IMG/VR virus record: IMGVR_UViG_3300014822_000040
Coordinates: 1-26,992 of that record
DNA: 26,992 bases
Strand: one strand, 5' to 3'
Source of the DNA: a virus
Shown here in pieces: positions 5,471 through 13,657 of this stretch. Under the pieces are notes generated by a model. That model was given only the letters and a program-made list of their open reading frames with translations, did not search any database and was not told where the DNA came from. The position numbers and the translations under genes are program-made. Positions within the stretch are counted from its first letter, which is position 1; each line of letters opens with the position of its first letter.

Positions 5471-7050
5471 TGTCTGCTGTGAGCCAGGGGATTCGCACCT
5501 TTGGGAGCAAGGACCGGAAGACGTTCATCCGGGGCTTGTCGATCTACAACAAGAGGGCGAAGAAGGTCACCCGGTTCAAGCCCCGGCCGTACCAGGAGAA
5601 GATCGTTGACCTCGTGGACCAGGGGCACAGGCGCATTCTGGTAGTGAAGGCTCGTCAGCTCGGGTTGTCTACGATCATCCGGGCGATCTTCTACCAGAAC
5701 CTCTACGCGGCAACTGAGCCCATCCGGCACGCTGTCGTAAGCCACGAGGTGGGGAGCGCCAACGAGATCTTCGAGATGGACATGAGGTTCCACGAGAACC
5801 TCCCTCCTCCCTTCCGCCACAACCTGGACAAGGCCGCTACCCGAGTGACGAGGATCAGCGCGTCGGGGGCACAGTCCCAGACCTTCACCGCAAACAACTC
5901 CAAGGCATTACGGTCCTACGCCATGGAGTCAGCTCACCTCTCAGAAGGGGCGTTCTATCCTGACCTGATGGACACTCTCTCCATCGTGGACGCCTCCGTG
6001 GGTAGTGATGGGCTGATCATCCTGGAATCGACGGCCAACGGCTACATGGACGCCTTCCACAAGCTGGTCCTCGGAGCCCTGGCAGGGGAGAACGAGTGGG
6101 AGCCGGTCTTCATCGGGTGGTGGGAGAACGAGCTGTATACCATGAAGCCTCCTCCCGGCTTCAAAGCGACGAAGGCCGAGCTTCTTTACGCCGATCTCGT
6201 GGAGGAGAAGACCGGGCATCGACTGACACGAGAGCAGATCTGCTGGAGAAGGCAGAAGATCCGGTCGCTCAACAACGACATCCGGAGAGTGAAGCGGGAG
6301 TTCCCCTCCTTCGTCGAGGAGTGCTTCCAGTCCACGGAGAATGCTCACTATGACCCCCTCGCTCTTGAGGAGATCACCCCTACTCGTCTCGCTCGCACCA
6401 AGCCAGGTCCTTGCTACGAGGCCATCGCAGAAGAGCCAGAAGACGATGGGATGTATGTTGTGGCCGTGGACTCCGCACAAGGAGTAGGCCGTGATTATTC
6501 CGTGATCACCGTCATCAACTGCAGAACCCGTCAGCCTGTCTACTACTGGTGGTCGAATCGTTGGAGCCCCAAGCGATTCTCCGAGCAGATACTGAGAGTC
6601 TGCTACGAGTACGGCGAGTACAAGCTGCCAATCCTGGGGATTGAGAGTAACAACCACGGGCACGAGGTGCTGGGGTATGTGAGGGACGCGAAGTACCCGG
6701 AGAGGTTCCTGTGGAAGTACAAGAAGAAGGACTTCATCACGACCAAAGAGACTCGGCCGCTGATCTACGGCGCTCTCAGAGAGATGATCGACGAGGGCCT
6801 GATCCTTGAGCTGGAGGAAGCCTACCTGGACGAGATCAAGGCCATCGTCTCTGGGCCAGGTGAGCGCCCGGACCACCCGAAAGGTGGACGCGACGATAAG
6901 GTGATCTCCCTTGGCCTCGGGTACTTGATGCTCAAGGAGCTGCGTATCCCGATGGGTTCCCGGGAAGTGGCTCGAAAGCGGTTTGAGGATAAACTCATGA
7001 AAGCCCGTGCAAGGCGGAACTCCTCAGCTCTACCCTGGATAGCACGATGA
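5470..7050 (+). CDS. terL: Terminase large subunit (526 aa), ATPase plus RNaseH-like nuclease
   Basis: GTG 5470 is preceded by GGAGGA (5455-5460) and overlaps the upstream stop. There is a Walker-A-type VVKARQLGLST, then IILESTANG. Nuclease acidic motifs are YVVAVDSAQGVGRDYSVITV, LGIESNNHGHEV and GRDDKVISLGLG. Confidence 0.9.
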   Translation: MSAVSQGIRTFGSKDRKTFIRGLSIYNKRAKKVTRFKPRPYQEKIVDLVDQGHRRILVVKARQLGLSTIIRAIFYQNLYAATEPIRHAVVSHEVGSANEIFEMDMRFHENLPPPFRHNLDKAATRVTRISASGAQSQTFTANNSKALRSYAMESAHLSEGAFYPDLMDTLSIVDASVGSDGLIILESTANGYMDAFHKLVLGALAGENEWEPVFIGWWENELYTMKPPPGFKATKAELLYADLVEEKTGHRLTREQICWRRQKIRSLNNDIRRVKREFPSFVEECFQSTENAHYDPLALEEITPTRLARTKPGPCYEAIAEEPEDDGMYVVAVDSAQGVGRDYSVITVINCRTRQPVYYWWSNRWSPKRFSEQILRVCYEYGEYKLPILGIESNNHGHEVLGYVRDAKYPERFLWKYKKKDFITTKETRPLIYGALREMIDEGLILELEEAYLDEIKAIVSGPGERPDHPKGGRDDKVISLGLGYLMLKELRIPMGSREVARKRFEDKLMKARARRNSSALPWIAR

Positions 7051-8696
7051 CCCCTGAGACTGTTCGATACCTGACAGATCAGCACGACGCTCTCTGGGAG
7101 TCCCGGAAAGCCGACATGAGGAGGTGGCGCGCTTCCTACTTGATCGACTTCTGGAAGAAGTTGCCCCAGCGCAGCAACAAGATCCAGATCCAGACATCTG
7201 ACGGCTACGCCCACATCGAGTCCTACCAGGCGAGCCTGTTCTCCAGGAACCCCGCTGTCGTACTCAAGCCAGGACTGCAGGGGCTGGGGGACAGCCACAA
7301 GGCACAGGCCGTCTGCAACATGTTTCTCCGCAAGGCCAGGGAGCCGATCGAAGGGACCTCCCGCCTGGCTTTGATCTACCCCATGGCCTTCTTGAAGCTG
7401 ATCCCACAGGACGTGCCCGAGGTCTTCAGCCGGGTCCTGCCGGTCTCGCTCCCTCCGTGGGAGGTTATTCTTGATAGGGAAGCTCCTACCTGGAGTGCTC
7501 AGACCTACGTCGGCCACGTCTACCATGTGTCCATCGAAGACGCGAGGGCGCTGTGGGGGCGCAAGGTCTTCAACCCCATGCCAAAGAAGGACTACCTGGA
7601 CGAGCTTGAGACAGATGGGGACGAGAGGTTGGAAGGCACGAAGTCGCTCTCTGCCCCTGCGGACGAAGCCGCCTTCCAGTACATCAGGGTTACCGAGATG
7701 TACGACATGAAGACCGGGTCGCTGTACCTGTGGAGCCCGGGGTACTCCTCGGGACAGGACTTCATCTACAAGGAGAGCATCCCGTTCAGGAGCTACGACG
7801 ACTCGCCTGTTGTTCCCATCGCGCCGTTCTACTACAACAGGGTCCCAGACCGGCCCCTTGACGGCTACTCCGCCATGAAGCGGGTGTACGACCAGCTCTA
7901 CGAGAAGAACGTGACAAGGTCTTTTCAGGCCAACGCTGTCAGGAAGGCAGCCCGTCAGTGGTTCGCTCGTGCAGGCTCCCTGACCGATAGCGCGAAGGCG
8001 CTACTCGCAAAGGGCGAGGACGGTGCTGTGATCGACGTGGAGATCGGCCTGGACGAGAGCTTGTCGTCCATCATGGCCGCTGTTCCCCACAGCCCCAGCC
8101 GTCCAGAGGTAGAGGCGTACATCGGCCAGGTACAGAGAGAGCTGGATCGGGGGTCCGTCCTGGCTCCATTCACGAGGGGAGAGGCAACGAAGACCACGGC
8201 GACAGAAGCCGCTGCCCTCGCCGCCTACACCAGCAGCGAGGTCGGCAGGCTTGCACGGGAGCGCGATGCTGCGATCTCCCTGCTGTGCATGAGCTTCCTC
8301 TGCGTACTCAAGACCTACATCGGGGAGGAAGAGAGCTCCGCGCTGGTGATGCTGGAGGGTACTCCTACTTCAGTCACAGCGTCGGATCTGGCAGGCGACT
8401 TCGAGATCTACCCGTCGGACTCCAGCGCAACCCCCGTGGCTGACAGCGTGGCGACTCAGCGCCTGATCGACGTAGCTCCTCTGCTGGTCAAGCTGGGCAG
8501 CGACCCGAACGTGATTCGCAAGGAGATCGTCCGCAAGCTCCATCTCTCCGAGGAGCTGGCTGCCCCCGCTTCTCCGGGAGGCCCGGAGTCTGCTCCGAGA
8601 GTTCCAGCTCCCCCCGAGGCCCCTCCGACGCCTGACAGTGTCACGGCGAACCCGACGCCTTCCGGCGTAATGAGCATGATCAAGGGAGCAGGCTGA
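7047..8696 (+). CDS. Portal protein (549 aa) with a Pro-rich C-terminal tail
   Basis: It has an ATGA overlap with terL. The size and the position immediately after the large terminase fit a portal. The C-terminus is PASPGGPESAPRVPAPPEAPPTPDS. Confidence 0.75.
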   Translation: MTPETVRYLTDQHDALWESRKADMRRWRASYLIDFWKKLPQRSNKIQIQTSDGYAHIESYQASLFSRNPAVVLKPGLQGLGDSHKAQAVCNMFLRKAREPIEGTSRLALIYPMAFLKLIPQDVPEVFSRVLPVSLPPWEVILDREAPTWSAQTYVGHVYHVSIEDARALWGRKVFNPMPKKDYLDELETDGDERLEGTKSLSAPADEAAFQYIRVTEMYDMKTGSLYLWSPGYSSGQDFIYKESIPFRSYDDSPVVPIAPFYYNRVPDRPLDGYSAMKRVYDQLYEKNVTRSFQANAVRKAARQWFARAGSLTDSAKALLAKGEDGAVIDVEIGLDESLSSIMAAVPHSPSRPEVEAYIGQVQRELDRGSVLAPFTRGEATKTTATEAAALAAYTSSEVGRLARERDAAISLLCMSFLCVLKTYIGEEESSALVMLEGTPTSVTASDLAGDFEIYPSDSSATPVADSVATQRLIDVAPLLVKLGSDPNVIRKEIVRKLHLSEELAAPASPGGPESAPRVPAPPEAPPTPDSVTANPTPSGVMSMIKGAG

Positions 8697-9169
8697 TGCC
8701 CATCTACGAGTACACCGTTATCGACCCGAAGACCGGGGTCGCCCTTGGTAAGCGCGAAGAGCTGGTATCGCGTTCGATCGACGCGAAGCCCATCATCCAC
8801 CTGAAGGACAAGGACGGTAGGAAGCTGATCGCCAGGAAGGACGAGATCCAACTCTTCCAGCGCACCCCCGACACCTGGGGCAACGCTGGGTACTACGGTG
8901 TGAACGGCTTCTTCAACAGGGGCATTGGCCGGTACGTCTACTCCTACAAGGAGGCCGACAAGATTGCAGAGGCCCGGGGGTACGCCCCCCTGTCGGACTT
9001 CCCGAAGTATTATGTTGAAGACATGCTGGAGGCCGAGGACGAGGATAACGCCGCCTACGAGGCGGAGCTTCAGACCTACCTGGACAACCTGGATTACTAC
9101 GACGGTGACAAGGCCCTGGCTCTCACCGAGACCTACCCCGCCAACGTTCTCCTCGAAGAGGACGACTGA
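8696..9169 (+). CDS. Hypothetical head-module protein (157 aa), acidic C-terminus
   Basis: The start overlaps the portal stop (TGATG). The composition is protein-like and I recognised no family. Confidence 0.65.
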   Translation: MPIYEYTVIDPKTGVALGKREELVSRSIDAKPIIHLKDKDGRKLIARKDEIQLFQRTPDTWGNAGYYGVNGFFNRGIGRYVYSYKEADKIAEARGYAPLSDFPKYYVEDMLEAEDEDNAAYEAELQTYLDNLDYYDGDKALALTETYPANVLLEEDD

Positions 9170-9177
9170 GAGATCCC

Positions 9178-9696
9178 ATGCGTGCAGATCTTCTGCTTGC
9201 CGACAAGGAACCAATGGAGGCCGTCGTGGCCCGCCGTAAGGCCAAGGAGGCCGATGTTGCCCGTGACGAGGCTTACTCCAACCTGCTGACGGGAGACTTC
9301 ACGCCCCTCGCTATAGCGGACCTGGCAGACTCCGTGAATCCCATCCTGGAGCTGATAGGAGCCCCTCCCCTGGAGCTTGAGCCCGGAGGAGACCAGGTCC
9401 CTCCCGACCTTGCCGGCGCTGTAGCCATGATCATGAAGATGGCCAGCGATGCCGGCCTGGACCGCCTTGTGATGGATCCGACCCAGGTGAAGGACGACGA
9501 CGGTCTGACGATGCTGGCTGGGACCATCGACGCCCTGGCGAGGAACGACTCCTTCCGGGCGTTCATTCGGTCCCAGGCGGAGCCTGGGGCCAAGCCCCTC
9601 CATCCGCCTCCAGAGAAGGAGGAGACCGCTCAGGTAGGGGCTGAGGACGATGATCTGATGGACTTCGACCGCCTCGCGCTCGGTCGCATCGGATAG
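9178..9696 (+). CDS. Hypothetical head-module protein (172 aa)
   Basis: The ORF is on the operon strand with only an 8-nt gap after the previous gene. I recognised no family. Confidence 0.6.
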   Translation: MRADLLLADKEPMEAVVARRKAKEADVARDEAYSNLLTGDFTPLAIADLADSVNPILELIGAPPLELEPGGDQVPPDLAGAVAMIMKMASDAGLDRLVMDPTQVKDDDGLTMLAGTIDALARNDSFRAFIRSQAEPGAKPLHPPPEKEETAQVGAEDDDLMDFDRLALGRIG

Positions 9697-9725
9697 CGCG
9701 AAGAGACTGAGAAAAGGAGCTACCC

Positions 9726-10628
9726 ATGGAAAACGTAGAAGCGCAGAGCCCGGAGGCAGCCCACGAGGAAGGTGGAGGTGTCCCGTCCGCTGCCACTGGA
9801 AACAACCTCGCCATTCAGCAGGCCCTTGCTGCCGCGAAGGCAGAGGTGGCAGGGAAGACCGCCCCCCCGAGCAAGCCTACGATTGAGGCGCTCGGGGAGG
9901 TAGGGGACCCCGTGCTGGAAGGCGAAGGGAACCACCAGGGCCTGTCCTGGCAGCAGACTCTGGCCGAGCTGCCGGAGCCTGCGAAGAAGCTGCTCGCCAA
10001 CATGCGCGCTGACTACACGCGCAAGACCCAGGCCCTTGCGGAAGAGCGCAGGAAGTACGAGCAGGCGCTAACCCAGGCGCAGGCTCAGACCGAGGGGCTC
10101 CTGTCGTCGGACTTCATGAAGTCACTCAGGGAAGCTCCTTCCGGTGATGACCAGGCCCCGCCTACCGTGGACCCCTTCGACCCCTCTTCGATCCAGAAGG
10201 CGATCGACTGGCACGTCAACCAGAGGGTCAAGGCTCAGATGCAGGAGCTCCTGAGCCCCGTGGAGAAGGCGCAGGAGCTGTACAAGAACCAGCAGGCTGT
10301 TTTACGCTTCAAGGCCGAGAACCCTGACATCGACCGCAACTCCCCTCACTTCGACAAGGAGCTGACCATCGCCGTCGCGAAGAAGCTGAAGGAGACCCCG
10401 GGTCTCCGGCTCGCGGACGCCTACTGGATCGTCAAGGGCCAGAGGCTCCAGGCCCGGCAGGCCGAAGCCGATGCCGAGATGCAGCGGTACAGGGACGAAG
10501 CGAAGCGCGCGGGACTCAAGATTGGTGGTGCCCGGAGAGCCGGGGCAGAGCCCGAAGTTCCTGACTACGTCATGAGGAAGGGCGCGGCTGCGATCTACGC
10601 GTACCTCAAGCAGAAGAAGAAGGCTTGA
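9726..10628 (+). CDS. Probable scaffolding protein (300 aa)
   Basis: AAAGGAG lies upstream of the ATG. The sequence is helical, rich in Ala, Glu, Gln and Lys, and partly low-complexity. It sits directly upstream of the major capsid gene. Confidence 0.55.
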   Translation: MENVEAQSPEAAHEEGGGVPSAATGNNLAIQQALAAAKAEVAGKTAPPSKPTIEALGEVGDPVLEGEGNHQGLSWQQTLAELPEPAKKLLANMRADYTRKTQALAEERRKYEQALTQAQAQTEGLLSSDFMKSLREAPSGDDQAPPTVDPFDPSSIQKAIDWHVNQRVKAQMQELLSPVEKAQELYKNQQAVLRFKAENPDIDRNSPHFDKELTIAVAKKLKETPGLRLADAYWIVKGQRLQARQAEADAEMQRYRDEAKRAGLKIGGARRAGAEPEVPDYVMRKGAAAIYAYLKQKKKA

Positions 10629-10734
10629 TTTGACAAACGAAAAGTCGTCTGATATGGATGTGCTATCAGGGAACCCTGGAGGTCAGGCTACTCCCCGAAT
10701 GCACATAGGAAACCTCCAGACCTGAGTGTGAGAA

Positions 10735-11829
10735 ATGGCTACCATCAGCCCTGATGTCGCCTCCTCAACCCTCCGCCGGCTGGTCCCTCGGGCCGTCGAT
10801 CAGATCTTTATGGGCACCCCCCTCCTCCACCACATGACCGGTGGCAAGGTCGGCAGCGAAGGGGAGGGCGGCAAGAAGAACCGTGCGGTCGATGTGGTGG
10901 AGCTGGTCAGCGGCGGCAAGCAGGTGGACGTGGACGTGGTCGTCCGCGAGCACAGCAACATCACGCAGTACAGCAACGGCTACGAGAACACCAACCAGAC
11001 CGTCCGCGACGTGAGCGAGACGGCGGTCTACAACTGGTGCGACTACTCCGGGCTCGTGGCTCTCTCCAAGAAGGACGAGCTGTCCAACAAGGGTGAGGCT
11101 GCGCAGATCAAGATCCTGGAGAAGCGTATGAAGCGGGTGATGAGCCAGCTCAAGCGCGAGTATGAGAAGGCCAGCGTGGCAGGCCTCTCCACGATCTTGA
11201 GCGATCTCAACAGCCTGTACGGCCTGAACAGCGCGACCGGCTTCCTGGAGGAAGGGACCTACGGCACCGGCCAGAGCAACACCGTCGGTGGTCTGAGCAA
11301 GGCTGCCACCGCGTTCGGTGGGGCCTCGAACCCCTTCAACAACCAGTCGAAGTCCCACGACCTCAGCGGCACCGTGGACATCGACGAGGACATGACGGAC
11401 CTCTACCAGGACTGCCAGGACTACAGCCCTGACGGCTCGGTCCCGACCCTGGGGCTCTGCACGAAGGAAGCCTTCAAGGCGTACAAGGCGAGGCTGTTCC
11501 CCCAGGAGCGGTACGTCAACCCCAACGACAACACCATCTTCAATGCTGGTCGGCTGGAGCTGGCATTCGGCCTTGCAGGCATCCGTCGCAGCGTGGACCT
11601 GGACACTCTGTACTCCAGCATCACCACCAGCGGGCAGTTCCGTCCTCTGATGTACTTCATCAACGGGGAGTGGCTGAAGCCCTTCTTCGACGAGGATGCC
11701 TTCTTCGAGCTGATGGACTTCCAGAAGGTGTCGGGCAAGCTGGTGATGAGCGCCGACATCATCGTCCGCGTGCAGAACGTCGCTGAGCACCTGGGTAGCC
11801 AGGGCGTCCTCTACGACACCGTCCCGTAA
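10735..11829 (+). CDS. Major capsid protein (364 aa), HK97-fold type
   Basis: It follows the scaffold gene and precedes the decoration gene. The size fits, there is a long spine-helix-like segment (AAQIKILEKRMKRVMSQLKREYEKA), and the protein is Gly/Asn/Ser-rich. It follows a 106-nt intergenic leader. Confidence 0.8.
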   Translation: MATISPDVASSTLRRLVPRAVDQIFMGTPLLHHMTGGKVGSEGEGGKKNRAVDVVELVSGGKQVDVDVVVREHSNITQYSNGYENTNQTVRDVSETAVYNWCDYSGLVALSKKDELSNKGEAAQIKILEKRMKRVMSQLKREYEKASVAGLSTILSDLNSLYGLNSATGFLEEGTYGTGQSNTVGGLSKAATAFGGASNPFNNQSKSHDLSGTVDIDEDMTDLYQDCQDYSPDGSVPTLGLCTKEAFKAYKARLFPQERYVNPNDNTIFNAGRLELAFGLAGIRRSVDLDTLYSSITTSGQFRPLMYFINGEWLKPFFDEDAFFELMDFQKVSGKLVMSADIIVRVQNVAEHLGSQGVLYDTVP

Positions 11830-11856
11830 CCCTCCGAGCTTCAACAGGATCAAGAC

Positions 11857-12285
11857 ATGTCTGACATGATCTACCAGAGCCTGGCTACCAGTGACAACCC
11901 CCTTGGCCTGGAGGACCGGCAGCACGTCGTCACCTACAAGGCAGGGGGCGCTATCTCCGCTGGGGACGCGCTCATTTTCGACATCAGCGAGCCCATCGCA
12001 GCCAACCGGATGCGGGTCGTGGTGGCGCAGACCGTCCAGGGCACCGAGGCTCTGTTCGCCGGAATCGCCCTCTCGGACGCCGCCAGCGGGGAGCTGGTGG
12101 ATGTGGCTCTCGGCTACGTCGAGGCGGTCTCCGCCCACACCGACATCGACGCCGGCGACCCCCTGTACTTCCACACCACTGGCGGGATGGTGGCGCAGGG
12201 GCCCATTGGCACGCACATGATCATCGGTGTGGCCCTGACGGACGACTCAGGTGGCCTCTGCTCTGCGTACTTCTACCGGCGGTAG
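11857..12285 (+). CDS. Head decoration / capsid cement protein, DUF2190-like beta-barrel (142 aa)
   Basis: It lies immediately downstream of the capsid gene. The pattern AGGAISAGDALIF...FAGIALSDAASGELVDVALGYVE...AGDPLYFHTTGGMV...IIGVAL matches the DUF2190 consensus as I remember it. Confidence 0.55.
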   Translation: MSDMIYQSLATSDNPLGLEDRQHVVTYKAGGAISAGDALIFDISEPIAANRMRVVVAQTVQGTEALFAGIALSDAASGELVDVALGYVEAVSAHTDIDAGDPLYFHTTGGMVAQGPIGTHMIIGVALTDDSGGLCSAYFYRR

Positions 12286-12300
12286 TCAGCTCCTTTTCTA

Positions 12301-12360
12301 CTGCCCGCCCCGCAGTTCCTTCGTCGTCCCCAGGGGGCAGTGGGGCTGCGGGGCTTCTTC
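12301..12360 (+). terminator. Candidate attenuating terminator / structured element after the capsid-decoration genes
   Basis: A perfect 9-bp stem pairs GCCCCGCAG (12307-12315) with CTGCGGGGC (12346-12354) and is followed by TTCTTC. The 30-nt loop has its own G/C runs and is non-canonical. Confidence 0.3.
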
Positions 12361-12376
12361 GTGAATAGGGGGCAAG

Positions 12377-13657
12377 ATGAACCTGCAAGACCTTAGAAGC
12401 GGGATCAGTTCCCTCACCAAGTACAACCCGGACATCGACGAGGATCGAGTTGAGGTGGATGCCATCCTCAACTCGATCCTCGTTGAGCTTGGCGTTGAGC
12501 AGGAGTGGAGGTTCGCCCAACGCACCCGGAAGGTCAACGTCAAGGCGGACCAGGTTTTCACCGGAGTCACGCTGGTCCTCTCCCAGAACAGCATCACCCT
12601 GCCCGGGACGACGGACGGTAACTCTGAGGGCATGATCTGCGAGATCCGGGGGTCGAACGGGAACGACGGAGAGTACGAGATCGTCAGCAGGGCCAGCTCC
12701 ACGGAGATCTACGTCAAGGGCTTGGACGGGTCTACCCCGTCCTGGTCCGCTGCTACGGACGTGACCGTCACGATCAAGCACCGCTACGTGATCATGCCGG
12801 AGGATTGCGCTGAGGTCCTCGGTTTGGAGATACGGTCCTACAACGACACCAGGGGGAAGTTCTCCCCGATCACCCGTAGCGAGGATGAGGACTGGCAGCT
12901 CGACCTTGACGCCACGGGGACTCCGCAGGGCTGGGTCCCAGCAGAGGACAGGTTCGTACCTCCCCCGGTCACTGCCCCTACCCTCTCCATCAACAACTCG
13001 GGCGTGACCCATCCTGTCCCGACGACGGGCACCTACTACGTATGCTACACCTACGTCTGGAAGGACATCGAGAGTGGACCCTCCCCTGTTGCAGAGATCT
13101 ACGCGACCTCCGCCACGGAGGAGATCACAGTCTCTGGCATCCAGGACACGGGGACCGGCAGCGGTATTCGCAAGAAGATCTACGTCAAGGTTCCCGGCTA
13201 CCGCGCCTTCTACGCCTCAGACAACAGCGTCATTGACGACGACAGCACCAGCCTCGGGGGACCCATCATCATCCCAGGTACATGGCCTGTGGGCCAGAGC
13301 AGGTTGCACGAGGGCGGGGGGAACTGGAAGGCCGTTAGGCTTTACCCACGCCAGGACGAGGACTTGCAGCTCAGCGTTCGCTACCTGCACCGGCCGCGTC
13401 TTCTGATCGAGGACACGGATATCCCGGAGCTACCTCCGACGAACCACCGGCTGCTGCTCTTCCGGGCTGTGGAGGAGTGCCTGAACCGGCACGAGAGCCC
13501 CGAGCTGGCTGCGGTCTGGGGTCGGAAGGCAGACGCTCAGAAGGATAAGATGCGGCTCCGAGAGCTGAACACCCGGGCAAGGCGCGTCGTGAGAGGCAAC
13601 GCTTTCGAGGACAGCTCTCCTGACCCCTTCCGCACGATCACCTACGAGACCCCCTGA
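12377..13657 (+). CDS. Head-tail adaptor, T7 gp11 (tail tubular protein A)-like ends with a large central insertion (426 aa)
   Basis: The N-terminal DAILNSILVELGVEQEWRFAQ resembles the gp11 pattern (ILNKINRQIQSRGWTF). It lies directly upstream of the nozzle-like gene. It is about twice the length of T7 gp11. Confidence 0.55.
   Translation: MNLQDLRSGISSLTKYNPDIDEDRVEVDAILNSILVELGVEQEWRFAQRTRKVNVKADQVFTGVTLVLSQNSITLPGTTDGNSEGMICEIRGSNGNDGEYEIVSRASSTEIYVKGLDGSTPSWSAATDVTVTIKHRYVIMPEDCAEVLGLEIRSYNDTRGKFSPITRSEDEDWQLDLDATGTPQGWVPAEDRFVPPPVTAPTLSINNSGVTHPVPTTGTYYVCYTYVWKDIESGPSPVAEIYATSATEEITVSGIQDTGTGSGIRKKIYVKVPGYRAFYASDNSVIDDDSTSLGGPIIIPGTWPVGQSRLHEGGGNWKAVRLYPRQDEDLQLSVRYLHRPRLLIEDTDIPELPPTNHRLLLFRAVEECLNRHESPELAAVWGRKADAQKDKMRLRELNTRARRVVRGNAFEDSSPDPFRTITYETP

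Noticed and set aside
8696-9169. The N-terminal MPIYEY of the 157-aa protein resembles the start of FmdB-family CxxC zinc-ribbon regulators
   Set aside because: The protein contains none of the cysteines that define that family. The match is limited to six residues and is probably coincidental.
10765-12216. 483-aa minus-strand ORF antisense to the capsid and decoration genes. Similar long antisense or off-frame ORFs occur at 1625..2647(+), 5941..6876(-), 6822..7526(-), 8456..9214(-), 12221..13012(-), 13642..14802(-), 15975..16835(-), 18399..19115(-), 19394..20492(-) and 21313..23880(-).
   Set aside because: All overlap confidently coding genes on the other strand or frame. They have Gly/Arg/Pro/Val-heavy compositions and lack SD-linked starts. 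They break the otherwise seamless, translationally coupled operon structure.
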